Shown: piece by piece, positions 36,143 to 47,570 of the stretch
Layout: each line of letters starts with the position of its first letter
How positions within the stretch are numbered: position 1 is the stretch's first letter
DNA from: Diplonema japonicum
Lineage: Eukaryota; Protista; Euglenozoa: Diplonemea
DNA: 64,000 nucleotides
Assembly: GCA_964019335.1 (NCBI GenBank)
Contig: OZ025684.1
Span: 186,001 to 250,000 of the forward strand
Direction of reading: 5' to 3'
Notes under the pieces: model-generated
The model's database searches: none
What the model saw: the letters and a program-made list of their open reading frames with translations, nothing else
Told to the model about the DNA's origin: nothing
Translations under genes and position numbers: made by a program

Positions 36143-37077
36143 ATATATGAGTTAAAGGAGGCCGGTGGCGGCGCCCTTGGTTCGGTAACTATTAATTTAT
36201 GAAAAATAAAGTGGACAATACTTTATGTCCCGAGGGGGTGATTTTCCCTCGCTTCGCTCGTGAAAATCAGATTCCGAAGGGAAAGAGTAAAGTCCACTTT
36301 GATTATCCTTTATCATGAATATGTAATCTTATTTTTTCTGGTTCCCGATGACTCCCAACCCCCCCCAAAGCCAGGATTTGACTTTGCCAATGTCAAAGTT
36401 TGCACTGCTCGTCCACGCCTTCAGCATGGCAGTCAACCTAGCTTCATGGTTTGGTTCAGGCGGCAATAAAGGGACCAGAGGCTCGACGGCTTAGCCCTCC
36501 TTTGTACAGGGCATCGAACCACGTTATCATGCCATCCCTAGAGGGAATCCAGAAAATAAATAAAAAAAAAAAGAAGAAAAGAGAGAGAGAAAAAAGATTT
36601 TCTGTTTTTTTCAACCGGTTGTGGCCGTTTGGGTAGACCATTTCCGATGCAGAAAAACCTCTTTTCTTTAAATAAAAAACGGTTCGGTGAGATGAGATAA
36701 AGGAGGTTCCTGTTTTAGATTTACTTTTAAAAAAAGGTTCACATTGATAGGAAACGAAGTGGTTAGCAACGGACCTCCGCGGTGGCGTGCCAACCTGCAA
36801 AAAAAAGAGTCTCTTCATGATGGGTGTCTTCTTCAGGCTGTGGGGGGTGGGGAACAAGAGGTTCCTTATCCACCTGGAAGTCGGCCTGCCAGTATGTGTT
36901 TGTGCGCAGCAAAGTGCAGAAAGAAAGAAAAGAAAAGGAAAGAAGAAGAAAAAAAAGAGTTTGGTTGATTGTTTTTGTGCACAGCCGGGGTTAACCTGTA
37001 GCAGGATAAGCAACAATGCTACCACTACTCTTTTTAGCAATAACAATTCATTATCAATATATTGTTTTTCTTGTTCA

Positions 37078-37112
<35 letters not shown>

Positions 37113-37213
37113 AGAATGAAAAGCCATGGACCAAGTCCATACCTCTGTCCGTGGTTTTACAGAAGTTGTTTGCTGCCCTGGTAGTGCTGCTATATAACAA
37201 AAAAAAAAAGCTC

Positions 37214-37388
37214 GATAAAATTTCATTGTGCATGGGAAATTTCAGTATGCTCACTGTTCAGGAAGAAATTCGCACTAATCGGTCACCGTTCTGCGGTTGC
37301 TGTCTGGTGCCTGCGGTGGCTGTTTGTCGCGATGAGATGGACGGCATCTGGGCGAGAAACATTAACAAGAGTGAAGTGCTAGGTAGGG
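37214..37388 (-). mobile_element. LINE-B 3'-end fragment
   Basis: Near-identical to ~12357-12515. Confidence 0.8.
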
Positions 37389-37517
37389 AAAAAAAAAAAA
37401 AAAGAAGAAAAACAAACAGAACAGGAAAATAAGTCTGCCCGATACCCACCCTCTCACCCCGTTTAGCCGAACTCTTTTATAAAAACCACAGGCTAAAACT
37501 AAACTAACTAACATCTC

Positions 37518-37831
37518 AAGGGCTACGTTGTCGGCGTACGCGTACGCAGCAAAATCTGAAAAAGTGCTTACGGCACCTTACACCTACAGGTGTCGGCAAG
37601 ATGAGAGGGCGGATAGGAGTGGGGCACAGCGCAAGCCTGACAAGAATCAGCTTTGTCAAATCCCGAGGGTCGATCTTTAGGCTTCCACCTTTAGCGATGC
37701 AGTCCTGACCCAAGACCTTTCATGAAGACTTACCAACATGAATTCCGTACGCACAGAACGCGTACGCAGCAAAATCTAATAAAATGCGTATACTGCGTAC
37801 GTTCGAAATACGCGTATGCCGCGAAGCCCTG
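37518..37831. mobile_element. Second copy of the hAT-like element (via segmental duplication)
   Basis: Same TIRs and flanks as 31016-31438. Confidence 0.7.
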
Positions 37832-38072
37832 GGGGGAGGGGGGGGAGGGTAAGCGTGGATAAATTAATTAGTTAGAACGCAAACCTAAGGTTACCCTCTT
37901 CCGCTGTTTTCTTCTTCAGGAAAGAAAAGTTATAGCCAGTGTGGCACTATCGTTGTAAACAAAAACAAAAAGAAAAAGAAGAAACAAACCCTCCAGCCGG
38001 TGCTGGGACATGATAACAAACATTCGTTTGCTTTCACTTTCTCAATTGTTTTACGCTTCTTTAGCTAATTTA

Positions 38073-39971
38073 CTACAGTCTCAGTCCAGTTGTGTCAAGT
38101 GCATCAAGAGTATCATAAGAAATGCCCGTCGCGAGCAACTTTGGTTCATACAAGGACATGTCGTCGCTTGATGCCATCAGGTCCTGCACAGCAGACCCCC
38201 TCCAGTAACATTCTTGTACCCACACCCGTTGGCCCTTCACGAAGAGGTACACCTCCGACAGTACATCGCACACCCCTTTCACAAGGACCACCACCATCCC
38301 CGCGAACAGGAGGTGCCCTGCGGTGCTGAACACCCAGTGTTCCACGTCTCCTTTGTAGTACCCTATCCCTGCAAGCACCATCGCAGCCCCCTGCAACCCG
38401 TTCGACACAAACCCATACATAGAGTCCCTCGGCCTTGCATGAGGCCATATCGTCCCTTCCAAGCTTGTCATGATCATGAAGATCAAGGCAGAGAACACAC
38501 AGACATGACCACACCCTGTGTAGTTCTCAGGGTGGATTGCGTAGATCCCACTCAGTGCCAATGCCGCCATTGCCTCGAAGAGCCAGAACCATGCCACCTC
38601 CTGCCGGTAGGTCCGCATCACAGATGAGTACCGCTGCACCCAATGACGCTCAGGGTGCCGCGACACCCACTCCCCTTCACCGAGGAAGATGCGCTCCACA
38701 ACACACCTCGAGTGGCACGCCACGTACAGTGCATCGGCAGGGACACCACGCCGTGCCACGAAGAACATCGTCACAGGTACACCAACACACCCAGCACCGG
38801 AAACAAGACCCAAGAAGAAACCAGGAATCGACGGGGGTTCCAATAAGAGGCCCAGTGAACCGTAGCATGTTCCAAGGAAGAAGACCTGGAAGACAAGAAG
38901 GGGCGAACTGGGAAGGCGAAGGAGGCCCTGTGTGTCCAGTGCCGCGAACAGTCCAAGCTTTCCTCCTCGTCGCTGTCCGAGGGCGTGGACGGTCCTCAGA
39001 ACGAGGTAGCAAACGAAGGCAAACCCAACCATGATGGCGGTGTTCCCTACCACAACCCCAGCGTCCTCACTCCCAAACAGCTCCATCTGCGTCGGGTGCA
39101 GCAGCCAAGGGAGATCCTTCCTTCCGTTGAGGTTGCACCCACCGCTGAGCAGCACCAACATACCTGCGGAGGCTGCAGCACCCCCTCCACCTATCACACT
39201 AGTTACTGCGCCCATGGTGCCCAGCATCTCAATATCAGATCCCAGCAGTGCACTACTCTCAGAAGGAGTCGGCAGGCTGGGTGCTATCGTGGCTGGCGAG
39301 GGTGTGGCTCGTGACAACACGTCTGGCACTATAGTAGTGGTAGGGGTCTTTGTTGGGGAGGCGGTGTCAGGAAACGGAGTCCCTGGTGCAGGAGTGTCAG
39401 GAGAGCTGGTGTCAGGCGACGGGGTGAGAGGTGCAGAAGTATCCGGGAACGGTGTATCAGGCACAGGAGTGTCAGGAGGGTTGGTATCAGGTGAAGGTGT
39501 TTTAGGCGCTGGCGTAGAAGGTGCAGGAGTATCCGGAAACGGTGTATCAGGCGCAGGAGTAGGAGGGGCAGGTGTGTCAGGAGCCAGAGTATCAGGTGCA
39601 GTAGTTTCGGGAGCAGGGGTTTTGGGAGCAGGTGTATCAGGTGCAGGAGCTGGGGTGGGAGGTGATGGTGTGTCGGGTGCATCTGTTCCGCCCACCCATT
39701 TGTAGCAGTTGGGACCAAGGTAGCCAGGGAGGCAGGGGGAGGAGCTAGTGCAAGATGTGCACGAGGACAGGTCATGCATTGCACCGCATAGAAGGCAGCT
39801 GTCCTCAGAACCTTGCTCAACAGGACAGCCTCCTCGTGTGCAGCAATCGGACTCTTTCGGGTTTGTGTCACCTGACCGTGAGCACCCACCGTTCCTTGAA
39901 GACCAGGAGTAACGGCCACTACAGCCGCAAGCGTCTGCAGCAAAGGCATACCCAAGCACTGCATAAAGCAT
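38073..39971 (-). CDS. Array gene 5: Cys-rich/mucin-stalk/multi-TM surface protein, 632 aa
   Basis: Near-identical to gene 4 except for the tip and stalk length. Confidence 0.9.
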   Translation of the reverse strand: MLYAVLGYAFAADACGCSGRYSWSSRNGGCSRSGDTNPKESDCCTRGGCPVEQGSEDSCLLCGAMHDLSSCTSCTSSSPCLPGYLGPNCYKWVGGTDAPDTPSPPTPAPAPDTPAPKTPAPETTAPDTLAPDTPAPPTPAPDTPFPDTPAPSTPAPKTPSPDTNPPDTPVPDTPFPDTSAPLTPSPDTSSPDTPAPGTPFPDTASPTKTPTTTIVPDVLSRATPSPATIAPSLPTPSESSALLGSDIEMLGTMGAVTSVIGGGGAAASAGMLVLLSGGCNLNGRKDLPWLLHPTQMELFGSEDAGVVVGNTAIMVGFAFVCYLVLRTVHALGQRRGGKLGLFAALDTQGLLRLPSSPLLVFQVFFLGTCYGSLGLLLEPPSIPGFFLGLVSGAGCVGVPVTMFFVARRGVPADALYVACHSRCVVERIFLGEGEWVSRHPERHWVQRYSSVMRTYRQEVAWFWLFEAMAALALSGIYAIHPENYTGCGHVCVFSALIFMIMTSLEGTIWPHARPRDSMYGFVSNGLQGAAMVLAGIGYYKGDVEHWVFSTAGHLLFAGMVVVLVKGVCDVLSEVYLFVKGQRVWVQECYWRGSAVQDLMASSDDMSLYEPKLLATGISYDTLDALDTTGLRL

Positions 39972-40526
39972 GGTCAGAATGACCTGTGAAAGTTGGTAAG
40001 TAGTTGGCATACAAAAGACAAAACGAAGCATAGTAGACATAGAAAAAAAAGAACAAAGTGGATAAATCCCATTTTCTAGGGGTTTCTTTTTTTTTGGTTT
40101 GCTTGGTTTCCTCCAGCTCTTTTATGTATTCTTTTTTTTTTTTTCTTCCCTGTTTTTTCCTTTTTTATTTTTTTTTATTTTCTAGTTTTTCTTTTTTTTT
40201 TTTTGTTTTGTCGCATGCGCCACCAAGAAATACCACCGGGGATGGAACGCACTGGGTATTCTAATCGATGGGAACCAAAAGAGAATAATAATATGGTAGA
40301 ACTTGTCGTTTCTTTGGCTATTCGCTCGAGTGAGGAGGGGAAAAAAAAAAAGCAAATGCAGTAGAAAGAAGAAGCTCCTTGCCCGGCACAAAGAAAACAA
40401 ATTTATTATCATTCTTTTTTTCTCTTTTTTTTTTTTTTTTAAACTTTTCATATGTAAGCATTGCATCTTAAAATAAAGAAAAATAAAAAAGGAAGACTAT
40501 AAAAAAGAGGGAGAGAGCGCCAGGAG

Positions 40527-40567
<41 letters not shown>

Positions 40568-41501
40568 ACCTTTTAACATACTCAACCTTAACGGCAGTCC
40601 CCCAGTAGGCCTACAGCGAAAACTACGCTGGCGGTTGGGGAGCTTAAGGTAGGGTCCCTGTTACCCAACGTAATCGAATCGATGGGGGGCGGGGGAAGTG
40701 AAAAAAAAAAAATAGTTATTAACACAAAGGATTAGAAAAACTCGTTCAATATCAAGGAAGAAAATACCAAGAGACCAAGCGGGACCATTAAGGCTTCTTC
40801 GGAATGTTCACACGAAAGAAGATTTCGCAATGGAGGGGGAAAAACATATGTATTAGCTAGCAGTAGCAAAGACAAAAGGAACCATTTTTTTTTTTTCTAT
40901 CCTCAAAAGAGATAATGTTTTCTTTCCCCTTTTAACCAAGGTGATGTATAAGTTTTCCTTTTTTTTTTTTTTTTTTGTTCACCCCCCTTTTTTTTTTTGC
41001 TGAGACTATTATATGTGTTTCACAGAAAAAGAAAAAAAAGGGGGGGGGAAAGGAAGGGTTCAAAGAGGGGGTGGGTGGGAAGAAAAAAAACTCGATTTAT
41101 TTTCGCGGTGCGGCCGTTGGGGTTCGCAGGGGTTCAGTCAAGGATGGCATCTGCGCTCTCTCCAAAAATGGATCTGGTTTGGGTAGATGAGAACAAAGGC
41201 CTCTTGTCGCGTTCCTCAGAGTGTTCTAACAATAACACTCTTCCAGCAAAAAAAAAAAAAAGAAAAGAAAAGAAAAAAGAAAAAAACAGAGAAAAACTAC
41301 GAAGGGTAGAGTTGGTGAAAGAAGTAAAGCGGGAGGAAATAAAGAAAAAATGGAACAAAGAAATCACATAATGCTTGTCTCAAACTGTAAAAAGCAAGGA
41401 CTGCACCAGTAACAAAACTCCAAAAAAAGAAAAAAAGACGACGAAGATAAGCAACGCACGAAAAGCACGCTAGGAAAAAACTACTATCCAAGTCAACGGA
41501 A

Positions 41502-41542
<41 letters not shown>

Positions 41543-41732
41543 AGTGGTGCGTTTGTAGTCAACGACACACCGTGTCTGGTCCCCGTTTCCTCGCGGTAGG
41601 CATCTTTTTATTTTGCCGAAGCCACATGCGAGACAGTTGCACGCAACAAGGTTTGCCATATTTTTGTCTCTCCGCTACGCATCACCCTGGCACAGACCTT
41701 TAAAAAAAAAAAAAAAAAGAGAGGAAAAAAAA

Positions 41733-41995
41733 TTCACTATGATAGGAAACGAAGAAGTTTCCTACATACGACGTTTTCCTTTTGGAGTCACTTCCGTAAT
41801 GTCTTCCATTCCTTTCTTTTCGGTCAGCGATGGCTCCCTCGATGTTCTCCAAGGAGCCGTGCATGGGTACAAAAAAAAGTTCGATTTTAGTGGTGCCATG
41901 CAGTATGTGACACAGCGGCCACCCTTGTGAAACTTCGCCCCGAAGCCTCCCAAGTCCCCTGTGGTCCCGTAGAAAGTAAGAGTGGAGAGGTAAAG
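41733..41995 (-). repeat. Family Z repeat (probable 3' end of a further retroelement); related ends at ~35214, ~36740, ~50535
   Basis: Shared ttcactatgataggaaacgaag terminus next to an A-run. Confidence 0.5.
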
Positions 41996-42181
41996 AAAGC
42001 TTGGAAAAAAAAAAAAAAAAAAAAAAGGAACAGAATTACGGAGGTTACGTTTATCATTTTTTTTTTCTGTTTTCTTGCTTTTTTTTCTCTCCTTCGAAAA
42101 AAAATAAACAAATCTTGCTCTTCCCTTCCGAGACCTCTCAGAAGAAGGAAAAAAAAAGGTGGGAGGGGGGGGCATTTCATT

Positions 42182-44044
42182 TCACAACAGCATTATGCTG
42201 CGCTCGACTATCTCCACTGAGTCCCATGAGAATCGCAGCCGGGGTTCATACAAGGACATGTCGTCGCTTGATGCCATCAGGTCCTGCACAGCAGACCCCC
42301 TCCAGTAACATTCTTGTACCCACACCCGTTGGCCCTTCACGAAGAGGTACACCTCCGACAGTACATCGCACACCCCTTTCACAAGGACCACCACCATCCC
42401 CGCGAACAGGAGGTGCCCTGCGGTGCTGAACACCCAGTGTTCCACGTCTCCTTTGTAGTACCCTATCCCTGCAAGCACCATCGCAGCCCCCTGCAAACCG
42501 TTCGACACAAACCCATACACAGAGTCCCTCGGCCTTGCATGAGGCCATATCGTCCCTTCCAAGCTTGTCATGATCATGAAGATCAAGGCAGAGAACACAC
42601 AGACATGACCACACCCTGTGTAGTTCTCAGGGTGGACTGCATTCAGGCAGCTCAGCGCCAACGCCGCCATCGCCTCGACAACCCAGAACCATGCCACCTC
42701 CTGCCGGTAGGTCCGCATCACAGATGAGTACCGCTGCACCCAATGACGCTCAGGGTGCCGCGACACCCACTCCCCTTCACCGAGGAAGATGCGCTCCACA
42801 ACACACCTCGAGTGGCACGCCACGTACAGTGCATCGGCAGGGACACCACGCCGTGCCACGAAGAACATCGTCACAGGGACCCCAACACACCCAGCACCGG
42901 AAACAAGACCCAAGAGGAAACCAGGAATCGACGGGGGTTCCAATAAGAGGCCCAGTGAACCGTAGCATGTTCCAAGGAAGAAGACTTGGAAGACAAGAAG
43001 GGGTGAACTGGGAAGGCGAAGGAGGCCCTGTGTGTCCAGTGCCGCGAACAGTCCAAGCTTTCCTCCTCGTCGCTGTCCGAGGGCGTGGACGGTCCTCAGA
43101 ACGAGGTAGCAAACGAAGGCAAACCCAACCATGATGGCGGTGTTCCCCACCACAACCCCAGCGTCCTCACTCCCGAACAGCTCCATCTGTGTAGGGTGCA
43201 GCAGCCACGACAGCTTCTTCCTTCCGTGCAAGTTGCACCCACCGCTGAGCAGCACGAGGGTACCTGCGGAGGCTGCAGCAGCCCCTCCACCAAAGACACC
43301 CAAGGAACCCATCACCTCTATGGGCTCCGTGTCGAGGATGGGCTTGGGCACCTCTTCTTTACTGACACCGCGTTCTGCCGATTCTTGCAAGCCTGTCAAC
43401 GTGGGGGTGGCTGTGAGAGTAGGAGTGGCTGTGACAAACACGGGAGTCTCGGGGATAGGGGTGGGGGCTGCAGTGGAATGAACAACAGGGGCTGCAGTGG
43501 AGGGTATAGGTGCGACAGTGTCAGGAGGCAGCGTAGAAGGTGCCAAGGTGCTGGGCAACAGTGTTGGGGGAACAGGAGTTGCCGGGGCAGGGGTATCAGG
43601 CGCCATTGTATCAGAAACAGGTGTCTTCGGGGCAGGTGTGTCAGGAGCTAGAGTATCAGGAATCGGAGTGTCGGGAGCAGGGGTTTTGGGAGCCAGTGTA
43701 TCAGGTGCAGGAGTGTCCGGTGCTGGGGTGGGAGGTGATGGTGTGTCGGGTGCATCTGTTCTGCCCACCCATTTGTCGCAGTTGGGACCACCGTAGCCAG
43801 GGAGGCAGGGGGAGGAGCTAGTGCAAGATGTGCACGAGGACAGGTCATGCATTGCACCGCATAGAAGGCAGCTGTCCTCAGAACCTTGCTCAACAGGACA
43901 GCCTCCTCGTGTGCAGCAGCTTGCCTCGGCAGACGTCGTGAGACCAAACAGCACACATTTCGCACTTCCAGAAGACCAGAAATATAACCCAGAGCATTTA
44001 CATGCGTCGGCTGCTAAAGCATAGGCTAGCAGCACTCCGAGCAT
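42182..44044 (-). CDS. Array gene 6: Cys-rich/mucin-stalk/multi-TM surface protein, 620 aa
   Basis: Paralogue; start MLGVLLA. Confidence 0.9.
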   Translation of the reverse strand: MLGVLLAYALAADACKCSGLYFWSSGSAKCVLFGLTTSAEASCCTRGGCPVEQGSEDSCLLCGAMHDLSSCTSCTSSSPCLPGYGGPNCDKWVGRTDAPDTPSPPTPAPDTPAPDTLAPKTPAPDTPIPDTLAPDTPAPKTPVSDTMAPDTPAPATPVPPTLLPSTLAPSTLPPDTVAPIPSTAAPVVHSTAAPTPIPETPVFVTATPTLTATPTLTGLQESAERGVSKEEVPKPILDTEPIEVMGSLGVFGGGAAAASAGTLVLLSGGCNLHGRKKLSWLLHPTQMELFGSEDAGVVVGNTAIMVGFAFVCYLVLRTVHALGQRRGGKLGLFAALDTQGLLRLPSSPLLVFQVFFLGTCYGSLGLLLEPPSIPGFLLGLVSGAGCVGVPVTMFFVARRGVPADALYVACHSRCVVERIFLGEGEWVSRHPERHWVQRYSSVMRTYRQEVAWFWVVEAMAALALSCLNAVHPENYTGCGHVCVFSALIFMIMTSLEGTIWPHARPRDSVYGFVSNGLQGAAMVLAGIGYYKGDVEHWVFSTAGHLLFAGMVVVLVKGVCDVLSEVYLFVKGQRVWVQECYWRGSAVQDLMASSDDMSLYEPRLRFSWDSVEIVERSIMLL

Positions 44045-44171
44045 TGGCCAAGTGACCTGTGAGATTTGTTTTTTTTTTCTTAGGGAGCAGCATTTTAAAA
44101 AAGAAGAATTCGATATGATGGGAGAAGTGTCAGCTACGACCCACCAAAAGAAAAAAGAAGAAAATGGGGGG

Positions 44172-44713
44172 TAGGAGGGGTCACATGGTAGTGGTGAAAT
44201 GGGGTTTTTCAATTTTGCCAGTGCAGAGTACTGGAGCCACCTAACCCATGTACTACACCCCATTTTTTTTGACCAAACAATCGATTTCCGCCTGATTCTG
44301 GGCACTTTTGGGCACCTACGGGGCATTCTCTTTTGCATTTTTAAAAAAGGTGACCACTTGGCCTGTTGTCTCCCCTGTATCTTCTGATTCTTTCTGAAAA
44401 ACTTAGAATTTGACATGGTTTGTACCTGAACGCGGCTCTTTAGGACGCCGCTGCCGTTCGAACAGCAGAATACAGTCTTGCGCTGTCGGATAGTGGACGT
44501 TTCTGTGTTTTGCGCGGCATTTATGAATATCTATCCCAAACCGTGGCTACTGTTTTCAAAAATGCAAATAAAGCATTAACAAGTGCTCAGAAGTGCCCTA
44601 ATCCGGCGGATATTGATTTCTTTTTGGTCATTTTAGAGGGTATTGGGCGGTTTCTTTTACCTAATTTATTTTCCCACTTTTACCACGTTTTTAAGGGGCA
44701 TGTAACCCTCCCT
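44172..44713. mobile_element. Probable non-autonomous DNA transposon; an inverted copy of its left end lies at ~46760-46858
   Basis: Short TIR AGGAGGGGTCACATG/CATGTAACCCTCCCT and a ~100-bp dispersed match. Confidence 0.45.
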
Positions 44714-44834
44714 GGGGCTATGTTGGCAAGAAACGGGGAAACGGCCCCAAAATAAGGAAACGGTTTCCGTTTCCTTATTTTCAAAAGAAAATAAAAAAGC
44801 TTAGAAACGCCGTTTCCTGGCCAGCATAGCCCTG
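44713..44834. mobile_element. ~120-bp MITE with GGGCTATGYTGGC TIRs; related relics at ~45450-45542 and ~46857-46930
   Basis: Imperfect 22-bp TIR and internal gaaacgg repeats. Confidence 0.65.
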
Positions 44835-45572
44835 GGGGGGGGGGGGGGGGGGCACGTTTTCTTTTTTTTTCTCTTTCTTTCCGTTCTTTTGTTCCTTTTT
44901 TTTTTATTTGCCACCTTGATCCTCCGTCACCTTTTGCTGCAGGTTCTTTTGTTTCTTTTTTCTTTTTAATATTATTATTCTTCAAAAAATGCAACATGGT
45001 TTTCATGAAATCATAATAAACTTGTACTTTCTTTTTGCGCCGAGTAAGGAGTTATTCTTTTTCTTTCCCCTAACTAGAGCGAAAACCAAAACTCAACAAG
45101 TTTTACCATATTACTTTCCCCTTCCCCCCCCCAAAAAAAAGGAAAGAGAAACCAACTGAATCGATATAAAAACAGCAAAACAACAACAGAGATTAAATAA
45201 AAAGAGAGAGTAAGGGCTGGGGAGGGCAGCCCGAGGGGGAATAGACAGAATAAGACAGAAATAAAATATATAGAAAAACAACAAGGGGGGGGGGAGAAAA
45301 TAATGAAAAGGGAATAAAAAAGAAACGAAACTCAGTATTGATCAAACCTCTCAAAGGCTTGTGGAGATTGCTGAGCTATTCTTTTTTATTCTTCATTCTT
45401 TTTCTTTTTGAAAGGGAAAAAAAAGAGAGCCCCCCCCCCCCCCCCCCGTCTAATTTGGCAGAATAAACGTTTCCAAGTTTTCTTTTGAAAAAAAATTAAA
45501 AGAAAACGTAAACATTCCCGTTTTTCCTACCAACATAGCCTGGGGAGGGGGAGGGGGGAGGGGTGTGTGTGT

Positions 45573-45605
<33 letters not shown>

Positions 45606-46004
45606 TATACGTCAAAATCTAAATGTTTAACCTTTTATCATGTGGGTAGCTCGCCTTTTCAAAACAGCTTTTCAATCTTTTTTTTTTTTTTTTTTTTTTT
45701 TTTTTCTTTGTTCTAAACAGAACGAAAGCACCATGGAGAGACGCGTGCAATTTCTTCGACCGAAGCTAATCCTCCTTTCGAACACGCTGGGGTTTCCTCC
45801 CCACTCATTTCTCATGGGCTCGTGGAGGATCACGGATAAAAGAAACAAAAAACTCAAATTAACATGCAAACTCCTAAAGCGAAAGCCGCATGCCCTAAAA
45901 AGGGAGGGGGCATGGTCAGTACTGTAGGTATCTCTCAGTTTGATAGCGTCCCAGCAGGTATGGAGAGAACTTTTCCCGACCAAAAAATAAAAAAGAAGAA
46001 AAGT

Positions 46005-46175
46005 TAGTTTGTAGTCACTGCGACACATTGGAGAGAGCTTCCAACCTATGCGGCACCACCTCTCAGACACGGCGTGCCCTGGTCCCCGTTACCTCGCGGT
46101 CGAGTGGGGGGCATCTTGTTCTTTTACTGAAGCCAAATGCAATCCATGTTAGCCAAGGTTTCGCCTTGTTCTTCC
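46005..46175. repeat. Family Y dispersed repeat (also ~41550-41660)
   Basis: Shared gtttgtagtca, ctggtccccgttWcctcgcggt, ggcatctt, gaagccaMatgc and caaggttt blocks. Confidence 0.6.
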
Positions 46176-46225
46176 TTGAGACGACGCTTGTTGCTGCCCG
46201 ATTAAAAAAAAAAAAAAAAAAAAAA

Positions 46226-46483
46226 GAGTCGGCTGATTGTTTGTGCAAGCCGTTTTCACCTACAGTAGGGATAAACGGACAAGCTGCCTCTACTCTTTTT
46301 TGCAATAACAATTCTTTTCAAAAATCTGTTTACTTGTTCCAGCAAAAAAAAAAAAAAAAGAGTCGGTTGATTGTTGTTTGTGCACAGCCGGGATTAACCT
46401 GTAGAAGGATAAGCCCAACAATGCTACCACTACTCTTTTTAGCAATAACAATTCATTATCAATATATTGTTTTTCTTGTTCAT

Positions 46484-46485
<2 letters not shown>
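46226..46485. repeat. Family W ~120-bp AT-rich repeat, tandem pair (also ~36957-37080 and ~9989-10106)
   Basis: gagtYggYtgattgtt...actactctttttagcaataacaattc...cttgttcatgc followed by an A-run. Confidence 0.7.
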
Positions 46486-46520
<35 letters not shown>

Positions 46521-47570
46521 AACGCTCGCCCTCCCTTCTTAAAGGAGAGACAAAAAGGAGCGAGATGAATAATATTTAAAAAAGGAAAGAAAAAAAAAGA
46601 AAAAAAAGGGGGGGGAGGCTGTTGCCCAATATGTTCCCCTTTTTTTCGTGTTTAAACGAAGTCGAAGACCTGTTCATGTAGGATGGCTCCCCGTGATAAA
46701 AAAAAATATAAAAAAAAAGAATTAAAGGGCCCCCCGAATACTCCCTTTATTTGGGCAGTGTGGTCAAAAAAAAGGGGTGAAGTACATGGGTTAGGTACCC
46801 TGCACAGGCGTAACTGAGAAAAACCCGTTTTACGACTACCCCTGTGACCCCTAACCCTATAGCTGGCAAGAAACGCGTTTCCAAGCACTTTTTTTAAAAA
46901 AAAAGGAAACGGAAACGGAATTATTTGGGGAAAAAAACTCATTGTTTGGGATGGAATTATTCGGGGGTCCCCTTTACTACGGATCTCTTACTGTGGGAAA
47001 AAAAAAGGGGGGGGGGGAGTCTTTCTGATTCTTTTCTTCCTAAAACATTAACGGCCATGAGCATAAGTTAATTTTATTTTATTTTTCAATTCCTTTCTTT
47101 TTTAAAAAAACAAAAAAAAAAAGAAGAAAACCCCTATGATCCCTGCAGTATGCTACTAGCCAGCAATAAAAGCAAAAAAAACCAGCAAGAAAAAAAAAAG
47201 AAAAAAATTGTCGTTGTTCCCCACCCCCCCTTCTTTTGTTTCTTTGGTTCTCTTTCAAGCAAAGAAGCGAGAGAGAAAAAAAAAAAGAAAAAAGGAAAAA
47301 AAAAGGGCAAAAGCAAGACTGAAAGAGAATCTGGCTGTTGTTTGTTACCCGTTAAACACGTTGCCAATGTCCCTCTTTTTGTTTAAGACAAGCCAAAGAG
47401 AGGGGGAAAAAAGGGGGAGGAGAAAAAAAACTGATTCATCGCACAGGCACAACGAAAGCACGACAAGTTTTTTGAAACAGAAAAAAAAAAAAAAAAAAAA
47501 ACCTGGTATATCTTTCTGGATGGCAAGGGCATACTAAATAGAAGATAAATAGACCACCTCTTCCCTATCA

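Noticed and set aside
46080-46140. ccg-ttacctcg-cgg in family Y as a second HDV P3/L3
   Set aside because: L3 register is off and no convincing P1 or P2 partners were found
46847-46860. ccctaaccct as a telomeric repeat
   Set aside because: Fewer than two units, at the end of a dispersed repeat
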